This document shows, one piece after another, positions 10,035-19,062 of a stretch of 64,000 nucleotides of DNA (its first letter is position 1; each line of letters starts with the position of its first letter). The notes beneath the pieces were generated by a model. That model made no database searches, was not told where the DNA came from, and saw nothing but the letters and a program-made list of their open reading frames with translations. A program made the translations under genes and the position numbers. Location: the NCBI GenBank assembly GCA_017936745.1, contig JAGBEY010000012.1, forward strand, positions 32,420 through 96,419, in the 5' to 3' direction. This DNA is from Clostridia bacterium. Lineage in GTDB: Bacteria; Bacillota; Clostridia; UMGS1840.

Positions 10035-11114
10035 ATGGGTTCTGTATTTGGAAAAAAACTGAAAATTTCACTGTTTGGCGAATCTCACGGAGAAGGAATC
10101 GGTGTGGTTATCGACAACTTCCCGGCAGGAATTGCCATCAATATGGATAACGTAACACGGGAAATGAACCGCAGACGACCCGGAGGCAATTTCTCCACCC
10201 CCAGAAAGGAAGCTGATGCGGTGGAAATTTTATCCGGAATGTTAGACGACCGCACTACCGGTGCTCCGATTGGAGCTATCATAAGAAACACCAGTCAGCA
10301 CTCCTCCGATTATTCCCGTCATTATGATATCCCACGTCCCTCTCACAGCGACTATCCCGCCTCCGTAAAATATAACGGCAACCACGATATCCGCGGCGGC
10401 GGTCATTTCTCTGCAAGGATTACTGCACCCTTGGTATTTGCAGGTGCACTTTGTAAGGAATTCTTACGCCAAAAAGGCATTCAGATTGCAGCGCATCTGT
10501 TTTCCGTGGGCGATTTTTGCGACGAATCCTTGTCTGAAATGGAATATAAAAGCTATGAATTCCTTTCCACAAAGGAGTTTCCCGTATTAAACGACACCTC
10601 GGGCGAAGCGATGAAAGCAGTCATTTCAGATGCCCAAAAAAAGGGGGACTCTGTTGGCGGCATTGTGGAATGCGGCATCTACGGCTACCCTGCCGGTGTG
10701 GGTGACCCGTTCTTTGATAGTCTGGAAAGTGTTCTCTCTCATATGATTTTTTCCGTTCCTGCCGTAAAAGGCATTGAATTTGGAGACGGCTTCCGTATGG
10801 CACAGCGCTACGGCAGCGAAAATAACGATTGCTACGAATTAAAAGATGGAAAAATCGTAACCAAAACCAATCACGGCGGCGGAATTGCAGGGGGAATTTC
10901 CACCGGAATGCCCATTTTATTCCGCGCAGTATTAAAGCCTACTGCCTCCATTTATCTGCCGCAGAAAACCCTGAATGTGAAAACAGGGGAAGAAACTGAA
11001 ATGAAAATCGTAGGCAGACATGACCCCTGTGTAGCAGTCAGAGGTGTTCCCGTTATTGAGGCAGCAACAGCAGTTGCCGTCACCGATGCCCTTTTGTTCT
11101 CAGGAGAAGCGTAA
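10035..11114 (+). CDS. aroC: chorismate synthase
   Basis: The N-terminus is MGSVFGKKLKISLFGESHGEGIGVVIDNFPAG. The ORF-track start at 9912 overlaps the PBP gene, so the ATG at 10035 is preferred. Confidence 0.92.
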   Translation: MGSVFGKKLKISLFGESHGEGIGVVIDNFPAGIAINMDNVTREMNRRRPGGNFSTPRKEADAVEILSGMLDDRTTGAPIGAIIRNTSQHSSDYSRHYDIPRPSHSDYPASVKYNGNHDIRGGGHFSARITAPLVFAGALCKEFLRQKGIQIAAHLFSVGDFCDESLSEMEYKSYEFLSTKEFPVLNDTSGEAMKAVISDAQKKGDSVGGIVECGIYGYPAGVGDPFFDSLESVLSHMIFSVPAVKGIEFGDGFRMAQRYGSENNDCYELKDGKIVTKTNHGGGIAGGISTGMPILFRAVLKPTASIYLPQKTLNVKTGEETEMKIVGRHDPCVAVRGVPVIEAATAVAVTDALLFSGEA

Positions 11115-11117
11115 TTT

Positions 11118-12173
11118 ATGAAGCTGATGATTGTAGGTCTGGGGCTGATTGGCGGCTCCATTGCCAAAAAAATAAAAGAAGTTATGCCAGACAGTACCAT
11201 TTGTGCCATTGACCCCAACGAAAAAACCTTGCAGAAGGCACTTCTGGATAACGTCATTGATATTGGATATCCCGCGTTTTCAAAAGAGGAAACCGACTAT
11301 GAAATTGTCTTAGTAGCTGTCCCGCCACAGCTGGTGGTCTCAACCATTTTGAATATGGCTCCCTATTTCCCGAAGGAGACCCTCTTTACCGATGTATGCA
11401 GTGTAAAAGGCAATCTCCACAACACATTAAAGCAGAGCGGAATCCACTATGTTGGCGGTCACCCTATGGCAGGCACAGAGCAAAAAGGATATGACGGCAG
11501 CTATGCCCACTTGTTTGAAAATGCCTATTACATTTTAACGGAGAACGACCCAACCATGATGCGTTTTGCTGAGTTGTTGGGTGCAACCCCCATTGTGATG
11601 GATGCAAAAACCCACGATAAGACCGTGGGAGCTATCAGCCACGTGCCTCATGTGATTTCTGCAGCACTGGTAAATTTAGCAAATATGAACGAAACCGAAG
11701 ATAAAAAGCTGACTAAGGTTGCAGCAGGTGGTTTTCGGGATATCACCCGCATTTCTTCCTCCTCGGAGGAATTGTGGCAAAGCATTGTAACAGAAAATAA
11801 AACAGAAGTTCTGAGCCTTCTTTCCCAGTATGAAGCCATTCTTACCAATTTCAAAACCACACTGGAAAAAGATGACAGGAAAGGCTTGCAAGCCTTCTTC
11901 CGCTCAGCAAGAGAATTCCGGCAGAACTTAGAAGAAAACCGAGACGAATTGCAGCCCAGGTATTTTGACATTTATATTTCCGTGAAAGACCGTGTGGGTG
12001 TAATTCGTGATATTGCCCAGATATTAACCGACCGAAGCATCAGCATTAAAAATATCGGTGTGTTAAAAAGCAGGGAACATATCGGCGGCACGTTGCAGCT
12101 TTCCGTTTATTCAAAGGAAGATTATCTCAGAGCCATCCAATTACTCAAGGAAAACGGCTTTGATATTTGTTAA
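11118..12173 (+). CDS. tyrA: prephenate dehydrogenase with C-terminal ACT domain
   Basis: 351 aa. The Rossmann motif is VGLGLIGGSIA, the core reads HPMAG, and the tail is ACT-like. It starts 3 nt after aroC. Confidence 0.88.
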   Translation: MKLMIVGLGLIGGSIAKKIKEVMPDSTICAIDPNEKTLQKALLDNVIDIGYPAFSKEETDYEIVLVAVPPQLVVSTILNMAPYFPKETLFTDVCSVKGNLHNTLKQSGIHYVGGHPMAGTEQKGYDGSYAHLFENAYYILTENDPTMMRFAELLGATPIVMDAKTHDKTVGAISHVPHVISAALVNLANMNETEDKKLTKVAAGGFRDITRISSSSEELWQSIVTENKTEVLSLLSQYEAILTNFKTTLEKDDRKGLQAFFRSAREFRQNLEENRDELQPRYFDIYISVKDRVGVIRDIAQILTDRSISIKNIGVLKSREHIGGTLQLSVYSKEDYLRAIQLLKENGFDIC

Positions 12174-12204
12174 TACGGGCAATTCCCTATGAATCATTTC
12201 CAAC

Positions 12205-12246
12205 AAAAAAACAGCAGGTATTTATGAAAAATACCTGCTGTTTTTT
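12205..12246. terminator. bidirectional terminator (tyrA / RHH gene)
   Basis: Stem AACAGCAGGTATTT/AAATACCTGCTGTT, flanked by A and T runs. Confidence 0.7.
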
Positions 12247-12430
12247 ATTCTTCTGTTTTTTTAGCTTCCGTTTCTTGAATATTTTCTAAAGCATATTCAC
12301 AACATTGAACCACAAAACTATTCAAGGAAACATTTTCTTTTTGTGCAACCTCAGACATTTTATCCAATAAGGATTTGGGAAAACGCAAGGTTCTGTTAAC
12401 GGTTTCTTCCGTATGCCGAACTTTGAACAT
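12245..12430 (-). CDS. ribbon-helix-helix (Arc/CopG-like) DNA-binding protein
   Basis: 61 aa. The pattern RTLRFPKSLLDKMSEVAQKENVSLNSFVVQ is typical of an RHH beta-strand followed by two helices. Confidence 0.55.
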   Translation of the reverse strand: MFKVRHTEETVNRTLRFPKSLLDKMSEVAQKENVSLNSFVVQCCEYALENIQETEAKKTEE

Positions 12431-12549
12431 ACTATCACTCCTTCATATAACATTATATATACAAAAAGCAATTTTATAAATATTCTTTTTGTGCGACTTA
12501 TTTTTGCGTGCATTTTGCACTTGACAAATAGGGAACAAAATGCTATAAT

Positions 12550-13617
12550 ATGTCAAAAAAGGAGAGATATGATGTGGATCAACCGATTATGAATGAGCTT
12601 GTAACAATCAATATGGAAAAAGAATCCTGTGAGCAATGTGAATATTGCGGCTACCATTTGGAAGAAAAAGACGGACAGTATGTCTGCACTCATTGCGGAA
12701 GAGTATACCAGGTATCCTTTTCTACCCTTTTAGGCAAGCACTTAGTGGAAATTTCAACGGGAGCCGACCGAAAACAAGCCAGAAAAAAAGTTGTTTTCGG
12801 TTTGATAATCACTTGCCTGGTTGTTGCTGTTATCTTCGCAATATCTTCCGGAAATTTTGACTTTTTTGATTCTAAAATACAAAAACTTGTAAAATTAAAC
12901 AATCTTCAGAATGTGATAGACTACGAATCTGTTACAGAAGTGGCACAAGTAGAGTTGCCTCCCAATGTGAAACCGCTTCTTGCAGGATACAACGTGGTTT
13001 TGTTAAGCCATCGAAATCCTCCGGAGTATCAAATTGCACTGATTAATGATTCCGAAAAGAAGATGAAGCTGTTCGAGTACGAAGGATATTCTCCCGTCAA
13101 AAAGATATACAACGATTATATTATCAACTTGCCGGAATCCAAACAAATTGAGCATCTTTCAATTGTAGCCGGATATATCATCGAATATGGACCTGACTAT
13201 TTACAAAAGAGAGATATCGCAAAAATGTATATGAAGCAAATCACACCTTTCTATGATGTTAATGACATCAGAGAATCACTGAAATGGGATGCAGCATACA
13301 CTTTGCAGCAGCGAAAGGATTCCAAGGATTTTGAGGATATCAAAGTAATTTTCGACGGTCAATCTGCAGTTCCGCTCTACTATACGGTTATGAAAAAATC
13401 TCTTGTGCAAAATCACAAGTGGAACTACATGGATATTGATTCATTAAGTTCCGTTCAAATAAACTTTTTATGCAACTTGTGGGGTCCGATTTTTATCGAA
13501 AAAGAAACCTGGTACGCATACGACGAAGATTTGCAGAAGGTACCGCTCAATGCATCAACCTATCAAAAACTTGAAAAAGAATTATTAAAGCTAAATGCTA
13601 ATAAACCCAGCAAATAA
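12550..13617 (+). CDS. hypothetical membrane protein with N-terminal zinc ribbon
   Basis: 355 aa. The zinc-ribbon motif is CEQCEYCG...CTHCG, followed by one TM helix (VVFGLIITCLVVAVIFAI). The extracytoplasmic domain is not recognisable. Confidence 0.5.
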   Translation: MSKKERYDVDQPIMNELVTINMEKESCEQCEYCGYHLEEKDGQYVCTHCGRVYQVSFSTLLGKHLVEISTGADRKQARKKVVFGLIITCLVVAVIFAISSGNFDFFDSKIQKLVKLNNLQNVIDYESVTEVAQVELPPNVKPLLAGYNVVLLSHRNPPEYQIALINDSEKKMKLFEYEGYSPVKKIYNDYIINLPESKQIEHLSIVAGYIIEYGPDYLQKRDIAKMYMKQITPFYDVNDIRESLKWDAAYTLQQRKDSKDFEDIKVIFDGQSAVPLYYTVMKKSLVQNHKWNYMDIDSLSSVQINFLCNLWGPIFIEKETWYAYDEDLQKVPLNASTYQKLEKELLKLNANKPSK

Positions 13618-13650
13618 CCATCCATATAAAACAAAAAAGGAGAACCAAAA

Positions 13651-13881
13651 ATGAAACAAACAAAACTATTTGCACTCGCTCTGTTATTGCTTGCACTTTT
13701 ATCCACGCTAACCGCGTGCGGCACAAAGTATTGCACCGTATCGGGATGTCCCAAGGAAGCTGCCAGAGGATGTAACTATTGTTATTCGCACAAATGTGCA
13801 AATACCAGTTGTAAAAACAAGGGAGCGCTGACTAACACTCCTTATTCCTATTGCATGGAGTGCATCGAACGCGCACAATAG
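13651..13881 (+). CDS. small Cys-rich lipoprotein
   Basis: 76 aa with a GGAG RBS. It has a signal peptide with lipobox LTAC, and 9 Cys in the ~54-aa mature part. Confidence 0.5.
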   Translation: MKQTKLFALALLLLALLSTLTACGTKYCTVSGCPKEAARGCNYCYSHKCANTSCKNKGALTNTPYSYCMECIERAQ

Positions 13882-13891
13882 GAGAATATAT

Positions 13892-14080
13892 ATGAAAATT
13901 TTAGGTGTCATCATTTATCTTATGGGATTTTTAGGAATCGCCTTTATCATAACGGAAACAAACATCGACCTGGGTGACAGTTTTATCAGTATCCTGCTTA
14001 TGTTCGGATGGCTGCTGCTGACTATGGGAATCGGAACCGCGCTCATGAATTCCGGAGACGATTCCAATAAAAAAGAATAA
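13892..14080 (+). CDS. small two-TM membrane protein
   Basis: 62 aa with two hydrophobic helices. It follows the lipoprotein gene closely. Confidence 0.4.
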   Translation: MKILGVIIYLMGFLGIAFIITETNIDLGDSFISILLMFGWLLLTMGIGTALMNSGDDSNKKE

Positions 14081-14106
14081 CTTTTCAAACAAAAATTGAT
14101 ATCCGT

Positions 14107-14150
14107 AAAAAAGGACAGAGTGTTGAATTGTCGACACTCTGTCCTTTTTT
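14107..14150. terminator. bidirectional terminator
   Basis: Stem GGACAGAGTG/CACTCTGTCC with an A-run upstream and a T-run downstream. Confidence 0.7.
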
Positions 14151-14159
14151 CACAGTAGT

Positions 14160-14517
14160 ATATATCAGAAAAATGGAGCACTGCGTACGGCATAATCTCC
14201 CCAAGCCGCTTATGCTGCATGCAATGCTACGGCAAGCGGTTCTGTTAACGGTTTTGGCGCCATTTCACAACGCTGAAACGCAGAACAATGGATGCAAAAA
14301 TCGAAAACCGAAAGGGCATTTATGCTCTCATCCCGAAGCCGTACCGCGTGTACGGCGAGCGGTGAGGTTAACGGTTTTGGCGCCATTTCATAACGCTGAA
14401 ACGCAGAAAAATGGATGTAGAACGGAGGAACATAACCCGAAGGGACATGCCCGAAGCCGTACCGCGTGTACGGCGAGCGGTTCTGTTTATTCGTTGTACG
14501 CCATTTTTCAAGTTTCC
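14160..14517. repeat. tandem copies of the composite hairpin repeat (REP-like family)
   Basis: The ~120-bp unit is repeated at 14236-14358 and 14359-14476, with a partial third copy at 14477-14515. Each unit ends in GCCGTAC-CGCGT-GTACGGC. The 131-aa ORF over this region is a translation artefact. Confidence 0.8.
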
Positions 14518-15813
14518 CTATAAAGGGCGCTTTCTTACTGCCATAGCATGTGCCGCAAATCCCTCCAGCTCCGCAAAGTTGCCGGCTTTATCCTTTATGG
14601 AGGTAAAACCTTCTTTGGAAACATAGCCAAAAGAGGAACGCTTCATAAAGTCTAAGACACCAACGGAAGAATAGGTTTTTGCAAAACCGCCGGTGGGCAG
14701 AATTGCGTTGGGGCCCATTAGGAAGTTACATAAGGTGATGGGAGTCCATTCGCCCAATAAAATTTCCCCTGCATTTTTGATTTTGGGAAGCACATCAAAG
14801 GGCTTGTCGCACAATACCTCCATATGTTCAGGAGCATATTCGTTCACAAATTCCACCGACTGCTCAAAATTATCGGTAATAATTGCACCTCCATAGGTGG
14901 ACAAGTTGGTGTGAATAAAATTCTGGCGAAGCTCGGGCAATTCCTGGATATATTCGGTTGCCAAAGCTACCACTTCATGTACGAAAGATTCATTATGAGA
15001 CACTAAGAGTGCCGCAGAATCCGGACCGTGCTCTGCTTCAATAAGCCAGTCCAAAGCCGCTTTTTTGGGGTCAGTGGAATCGTCACATAAAATGATGGAT
15101 TCACTTGGGCCAGCCGGAAGCCCGGTATCAATATAATTTGCCAATACTCGTTTTGCCGCAGTTGCATAGGCGTTACCGGGACCGATGACTTTTCTGGTTT
15201 TCGGAATGGATTCTGTTCCGAATGCCACAGCCGCAATCGCCTGGATGCCGCCAACCTTAAAAATTTCGGTAATGCCCAGCAGCTTTGCCGCAGTGAGAAT
15301 TGCATCATCCACTTTCCCCTCTTTATTGGGAGGAGTTACAACCACAATTTTTTCCACACCTGCCACCACTGCCGGAACACCTAACATCAGAAGAACGGAG
15401 GGGAAGCTTCCCTTTCCGCCGGGAACATACAGACACACACTTTCAATGGGTGTGGTTTTTTCCCCTGCTAAAATTCCTTTATCCACCTCGGTCATCCACA
15501 TTTCCTCAGGCTTTTGTTTTTCGTGGAAATTGCGGATATTGTGGTAAGCATAGGTGATTGCTTCTTTGGAGGTTTCATCTATGCGGTTATAGGCTTCTTC
15601 GATTTCTTCCTTGGAAACTTTCATAGTTTCGGAGGTCAAAGAAATTTTATCAAATTTTTCTGTATATTTTAAAACTGCAGCATCTCCGTTTGCTTTCACA
15701 TCGTCAGACACCTCTTTTGCTACCTGCATATAAGAGGTGATATCAATTTCTGCACGTTTTAAAATAAATTCTTTTTTTTCGCTCGAAAGCTCGCTGTATT
15801 TATAAATGTTCAT
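14518..15813 (-). CDS. hisD: histidinol dehydrogenase
   Basis: 431 aa with full-length similarity to HisD (GPGNAYATAAKR, EHGPDS motifs). Confidence 0.93.
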   Translation of the reverse strand: MNIYKYSELSSEKKEFILKRAEIDITSYMQVAKEVSDDVKANGDAAVLKYTEKFDKISLTSETMKVSKEEIEEAYNRIDETSKEAITYAYHNIRNFHEKQKPEEMWMTEVDKGILAGEKTTPIESVCLYVPGGKGSFPSVLLMLGVPAVVAGVEKIVVVTPPNKEGKVDDAILTAAKLLGITEIFKVGGIQAIAAVAFGTESIPKTRKVIGPGNAYATAAKRVLANYIDTGLPAGPSESIILCDDSTDPKKAALDWLIEAEHGPDSAALLVSHNESFVHEVVALATEYIQELPELRQNFIHTNLSTYGGAIITDNFEQSVEFVNEYAPEHMEVLCDKPFDVLPKIKNAGEILLGEWTPITLCNFLMGPNAILPTGGFAKTYSSVGVLDFMKRSSFGYVSKEGFTSIKDKAGNFAELEGFAAHAMAVRKRPL

Positions 15814-15835
15814 AAGGGAAATGCTCCTTTTCGGA

Positions 15836-16420
15836 TTAAACTTTTAAGTTACGGCTGCCGGGTTTTACCAGAGGCAGTTTTCCTTCCTTACAAATGGGGC
15901 AGTTTTCCGGCTCGTAAGATTCCACCGCCATAGAAAGAACAGAATAATACGGAACACCGAAGTCAATCTGACCGCCGGTTCTGTCTACAATAGAGCCAAC
16001 ACCGCAAACGATGCCACCTGCTTCCTGAATGAGCTTGATTACTTCTTTTACACTTCCGCCGGTGGTAACAACATCTTCTACAACCAACACCTTCTGACCT
16101 TTTTCTACACCGAAGCTGCGGCGGAAGGTCATTTCGCCATTTTCTCTTTCTGCAAAAATGTTGGGCACATTTAAGTGGCGGGACACTTCGTAAGACATTA
16201 AAATTGCACCAATTGCAGGACCGCAAACCACATCCGGCTGATTGTCGCCCAGACGGTCTGCCAGTTCTTTACAAAGAAGCTCGGACAATTTGGTATCTTT
16301 AAAAATTTTTGCACACTGTAAATATCTGTCGGAATGTCTGCCGGAGGTCAAAAGAAAATGCCCTTCCAGAAGAACGCCGGCTTCTTTTAAGAGTTCCATT
16401 GCTTTTTCATTGGTAATCAT
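15836..16420 (-). CDS. pyrE: orotate phosphoribosyltransferase
   Basis: 194 aa. The PRPP-binding loop is VLVVEDVVTTGGS. Confidence 0.92.
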   Translation of the reverse strand: MITNEKAMELLKEAGVLLEGHFLLTSGRHSDRYLQCAKIFKDTKLSELLCKELADRLGDNQPDVVCGPAIGAILMSYEVSRHLNVPNIFAERENGEMTFRRSFGVEKGQKVLVVEDVVTTGGSVKEVIKLIQEAGGIVCGVGSIVDRTGGQIDFGVPYYSVLSMAVESYEPENCPICKEGKLPLVKPGSRNLKV

Positions 16421-16644
16421 AATTTCAAATTCCTTTCTTTATTCCACACAATTTGTGTTATTTTTACCCGCTTCACGGTGAATTTTACAATAATTCTATT
16501 TATTATAACACACCTTTTACAAAAATGCTATAGTTTTTTCTAATTTTTTAGAAATTTTACATTTTTTTGAAATTTTTATTTTTGTCTTGATTTTTATATT
16601 TGAATTATAGTATAATATTTACAAAACAAACGGAGGTAACCCCT

Positions 16645-17094
16645 ATGAAGTGTCCTTACTGCGGATATGGCGAAAGTAAAGTAATTGATTCCCGAAGACT
16701 GGAGGAAACCAACTCCATCAAACGCAGACGGGAATGTTTATCCTGCGAAAAACGGTTTTCCACCTTTGAACGGGTGGAGCTTGCCCCTCTTGTGGTGATT
16801 AAGAAAAACGGCACACGGGAACAGTTTGACCGTCAGAAGCTTCTTCGGGGAATTATGCACGCCTGCGAAAAACGTCCCGTTTCCATTGACACTATGGAGC
16901 TTATGGTGTCTCAGATTGAAACCTCTCTCAATAACGACCTGACACAGGAAGTGGAAAGTGAGAAAATCGGAGAGCTGGTTATGGATAAGCTCAAGGAAGT
17001 GGACGAGGTTGCTTATGTCCGTTTTGCTTCGGTTTACCGGCAGTTCCGCGACATCAATACCTTTATGGAAGAATTGCAAAAGCTTCTGAAATAG
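16645..17094 (+). CDS. nrdR: transcriptional repressor NrdR
   Basis: MKCPYCG...[12 protein letters not shown] forms a zinc ribbon and is followed by an ATP-cone. A GGAGGT RBS lies at 16633. The ORF-track start at 16600 is less likely. Confidence 0.93.
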   Translation: MKCPYCGYGESKVIDSRRLEETNSIKRRRECLSCEKRFSTFERVELAPLVVIKKNGTREQFDRQKLLRGIMHACEKRPVSIDTMELMVSQIETSLNNDLTQEVESEKIGELVMDKLKEVDEVAYVRFASVYRQFRDINTFMEELQKLLK

Positions 17095-17119
17095 CATTTT
17101 AAAGGAAGGGACATCATTT

Positions 17120-18187
17120 ATGAATCAGAAAAAAGTTGCTGTAGGAATGAGCGGCGGCGTAGATTCTTCGGTTTGTGCAGTGCTTCTGAAAAATGCGGGT
17201 GCAGAAGTCAGCGGTATCACATTGAAGCTCCATGAAGAAAAAAAAGAACAAGTGGGAAGCTGCGGTTCTGCCTCCGATTATGAAGATGCAAAACAGGTTG
17301 CAGACCGACTGGGCATTCCCCTTTTTCTCTGCGATATGACGGACATTTTTCAAAATGCAGTCATCGACCGTTTTTCCGAAAGCTACGAAAGGGCAGAAAC
17401 CCCCAATCCCTGCATTTTGTGTAACCGTTACATCAAATTTGATGCCATGCTTGAGGCGGCACGGGAATTGGGAATGGATGATATCGCCACCGGTCATTAT
17501 GCCCGGGTGGAATACGACGAAGCATCCAACCGCTACCTTTTGAAAAAAGCAAAGGATGAAAAAAAGGACCAGAGCTATGTGCTGTATTCGTTAACGCAAA
17601 AACAGCTGTCGCATATCATCTTTCCTTTAGGCAATTTAGAAAAAGCAGAGGTTCGTGCCATTGCGGAGGAAAACGGCTTTCAGAATGCACAGAAAAAAGA
17701 AAGTCAGGACATCTGCTTCGTGCCTGACGGTGACTATGCCTCATTTATCCGCCGCTACCGGGGAATCCCGTTTCCCGAGGGGAATTTTGTGGATAAAGAC
17801 GGCAAGGTGCTGGGGCGTCATAAGGGAATTATTCACTACACGGTAGGTCAGCGAAAAGGCCTTGGGCTGTCGTTTCCCTGCCCTATGTATGTCATCTCCA
17901 AGCAGTTGGAGGACAACACCGTTACCTTGGGTCCCATTGAAGAATTATATCAATCCACCTTTTATGCAACCGATATTAACCTGATTTCCGTTCCCGAAAT
18001 CAAGGGGGAAATGAAAGTTTCCGCTAAAATCCGCTACAATCAAAAAGAACAGCCGGCAACCGTAACTCAGATTGATGAAAACACCCTTCAGGTTACCTTT
18101 TCGGAGCCTCAGAAGGCAATTACCAAAGGGCAGGCTGTGGTGCTTTACGATGGTGATGTGGTGGTTGGCGGCGGCACAATCATATAA
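17120..18187 (+). CDS. mnmA: tRNA 2-thiouridine(34) synthase
   Basis: 355 aa with PP-loop GMSGGVDSSV and conserved MnmA core. Confidence 0.93.
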   Translation: MNQKKVAVGMSGGVDSSVCAVLLKNAGAEVSGITLKLHEEKKEQVGSCGSASDYEDAKQVADRLGIPLFLCDMTDIFQNAVIDRFSESYERAETPNPCILCNRYIKFDAMLEAARELGMDDIATGHYARVEYDEASNRYLLKKAKDEKKDQSYVLYSLTQKQLSHIIFPLGNLEKAEVRAIAEENGFQNAQKKESQDICFVPDGDYASFIRRYRGIPFPEGNFVDKDGKVLGRHKGIIHYTVGQRKGLGLSFPCPMYVISKQLEDNTVTLGPIEELYQSTFYATDINLISVPEIKGEMKVSAKIRYNQKEQPATVTQIDENTLQVTFSEPQKAITKGQAVVLYDGDVVVGGGTII

Positions 18188-18206
18188 GAAAGTGAGGAAA
18201 ATTCCT

Positions 18207-18623
18207 ATGAAATTGATGAAACAAATTCTGCTCGTTACCCTGATTGCAGGGGTAATCGGCACAGTAACCGTTTTGGCAACAGGGGAAGACCCTGTGATTT
18301 CCTTAAGCTACTTAAATGAAATCTTTATGCCGAAGGTAGAAAGCAAATTGAAAGAAACCGCTGTATTCACCGTTATTAACATCCCGAAAGGAAAAACCTT
18401 TGTGGCAAAAGAGGGCTGTGAATTTATTTTAAGAGGCGGTGAAGCTACTGTTATCGCTTCCAAATCGGGTGGAATTTCCGATGTAACCGACGGAGTGGAT
18501 TTAGCTGAAAAAACAAATGTTCCCCCAAATCATCACCTGATTGTTCCCCGGGATGACGGCAGAGGCTTCAAAGCCATAACCGATGTTATTGTGATGGTCA
18601 AGGGCGGTTACGAAATGAAATAA
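18207..18623 (+). CDS. hypothetical membrane-anchored/secreted protein
   Basis: The ATG at 18207 follows an RBS GTGAGGAAA, and the N-terminal hydrophobic segment is ILLVTLIAGVIGTVTVLA. The ORF-track start at 18072 lies inside mnmA. Confidence 0.5.
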   Translation: MKLMKQILLVTLIAGVIGTVTVLATGEDPVISLSYLNEIFMPKVESKLKETAVFTVINIPKGKTFVAKEGCEFILRGGEATVIASKSGGISDVTDGVDLAEKTNVPPNHHLIVPRDDGRGFKAITDVIVMVKGGYEMK

Positions 18624-18661
18624 CCGAGGAAAATTTTCCATTTGTTTTTTTAAAAAATCTC

Positions 18662-18690
18662 TTGTATATTTAAAAAAACAGTGCTATACT
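18662..18690 (+). promoter_or_regulatory. candidate extended -10 promoter of the structured RNA
   Basis: TTGTAT (18662-18667), 17 nt, TGcTATACT (-10 at 18685-18690). Confidence 0.55.
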
Positions 18691-18696
18691 ATTACT

Positions 18697-18960
18697 GTAA
18701 GTTGAAAATCCTGCCGTTCTCGTCAGCCGGATATTTATTAGAACCAACACCTTTTATAAGGGAGCCGATCTCCTCTCGTCAATTGTAGGCCCACCGCTGT
18801 TTTTACGGCCGAATGGGGAACGTGCGACTGAGGGTAAGCACCCACCTGCACATGCAGGTTTCTAATATTATCACCGGGCAACGGCTCGGCGGGTCTTACA
18901 TTCACGTTTTTTAGAAAAGACACAAGCTCATTTTGTCAGCCGGTGTCTTTTTGTTTTTTA
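18697..18960 (+). ncRNA. candidate structured non-coding RNA or riboswitch-like leader, class unknown
   Basis: It is bounded by its own promoter and by a terminator (AAAAGACAC...GTGTCTTTT plus TGTTTTTT, 18917-18960). A long irregular closing helix pairs 18710-18745 with 18857-18895. Internal hairpins include ACCUGC-ACAU-GCAGGU, GGGU-AAGC-ACCC and CCG...CGG. There is no credible ORF. Confidence 0.4.
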
Positions 18961-18987
18961 AAAAAACCAAAAAATTAGAAAAAAAGC

Positions 18988-19016
18988 TTGTAAAATTGAA
19001 AGTTCTGTTATATAAT
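18988..19016 (+). promoter_or_regulatory. candidate sigma-A promoter of glyA
   Basis: TTGTAA (18988-18993), 17 nt, TATAAT (19011-19016). Confidence 0.55.
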
Positions 19017-19062
19017 GATTGCAAAAGGTATATGACATTTTTCACAAAGAGAGGATTCAACT

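Noticed and set aside
14128-14523. 131-aa ORF (also 2668-2985, 105 aa) spanning the intergenic repeats
   Set aside because: The sequence is made of tandem and dispersed hairpin repeats. There is no RBS, the ORFs lie in 3' UTRs of opposite-strand genes, and the peptide periodicity simply mirrors the DNA repeat.
18738-18923. 61-aa minus-strand ORF inside the candidate ncRNA
   Set aside because: It has no RBS and would run into the 3' end of a convergent gene. The region is better explained by the promoter/terminator-bounded structured RNA.
18697-18960. Assigning the structured RNA to a known class (SRP RNA, RNase P, tmRNA, T-box, ZTP, THF, SAM-I, cobalamin, TPP)
   Set aside because: Diagnostic strings were not found on either strand. 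These include GGAAGCAGC for SRP, GAGGAAAGTCC for RNase P, GGTGGTACCGCG for the T-box, CCGCCTGGGCA for ZTP and the B12 box. TPP-like and glycine-like resemblances are too weak to call by eye.
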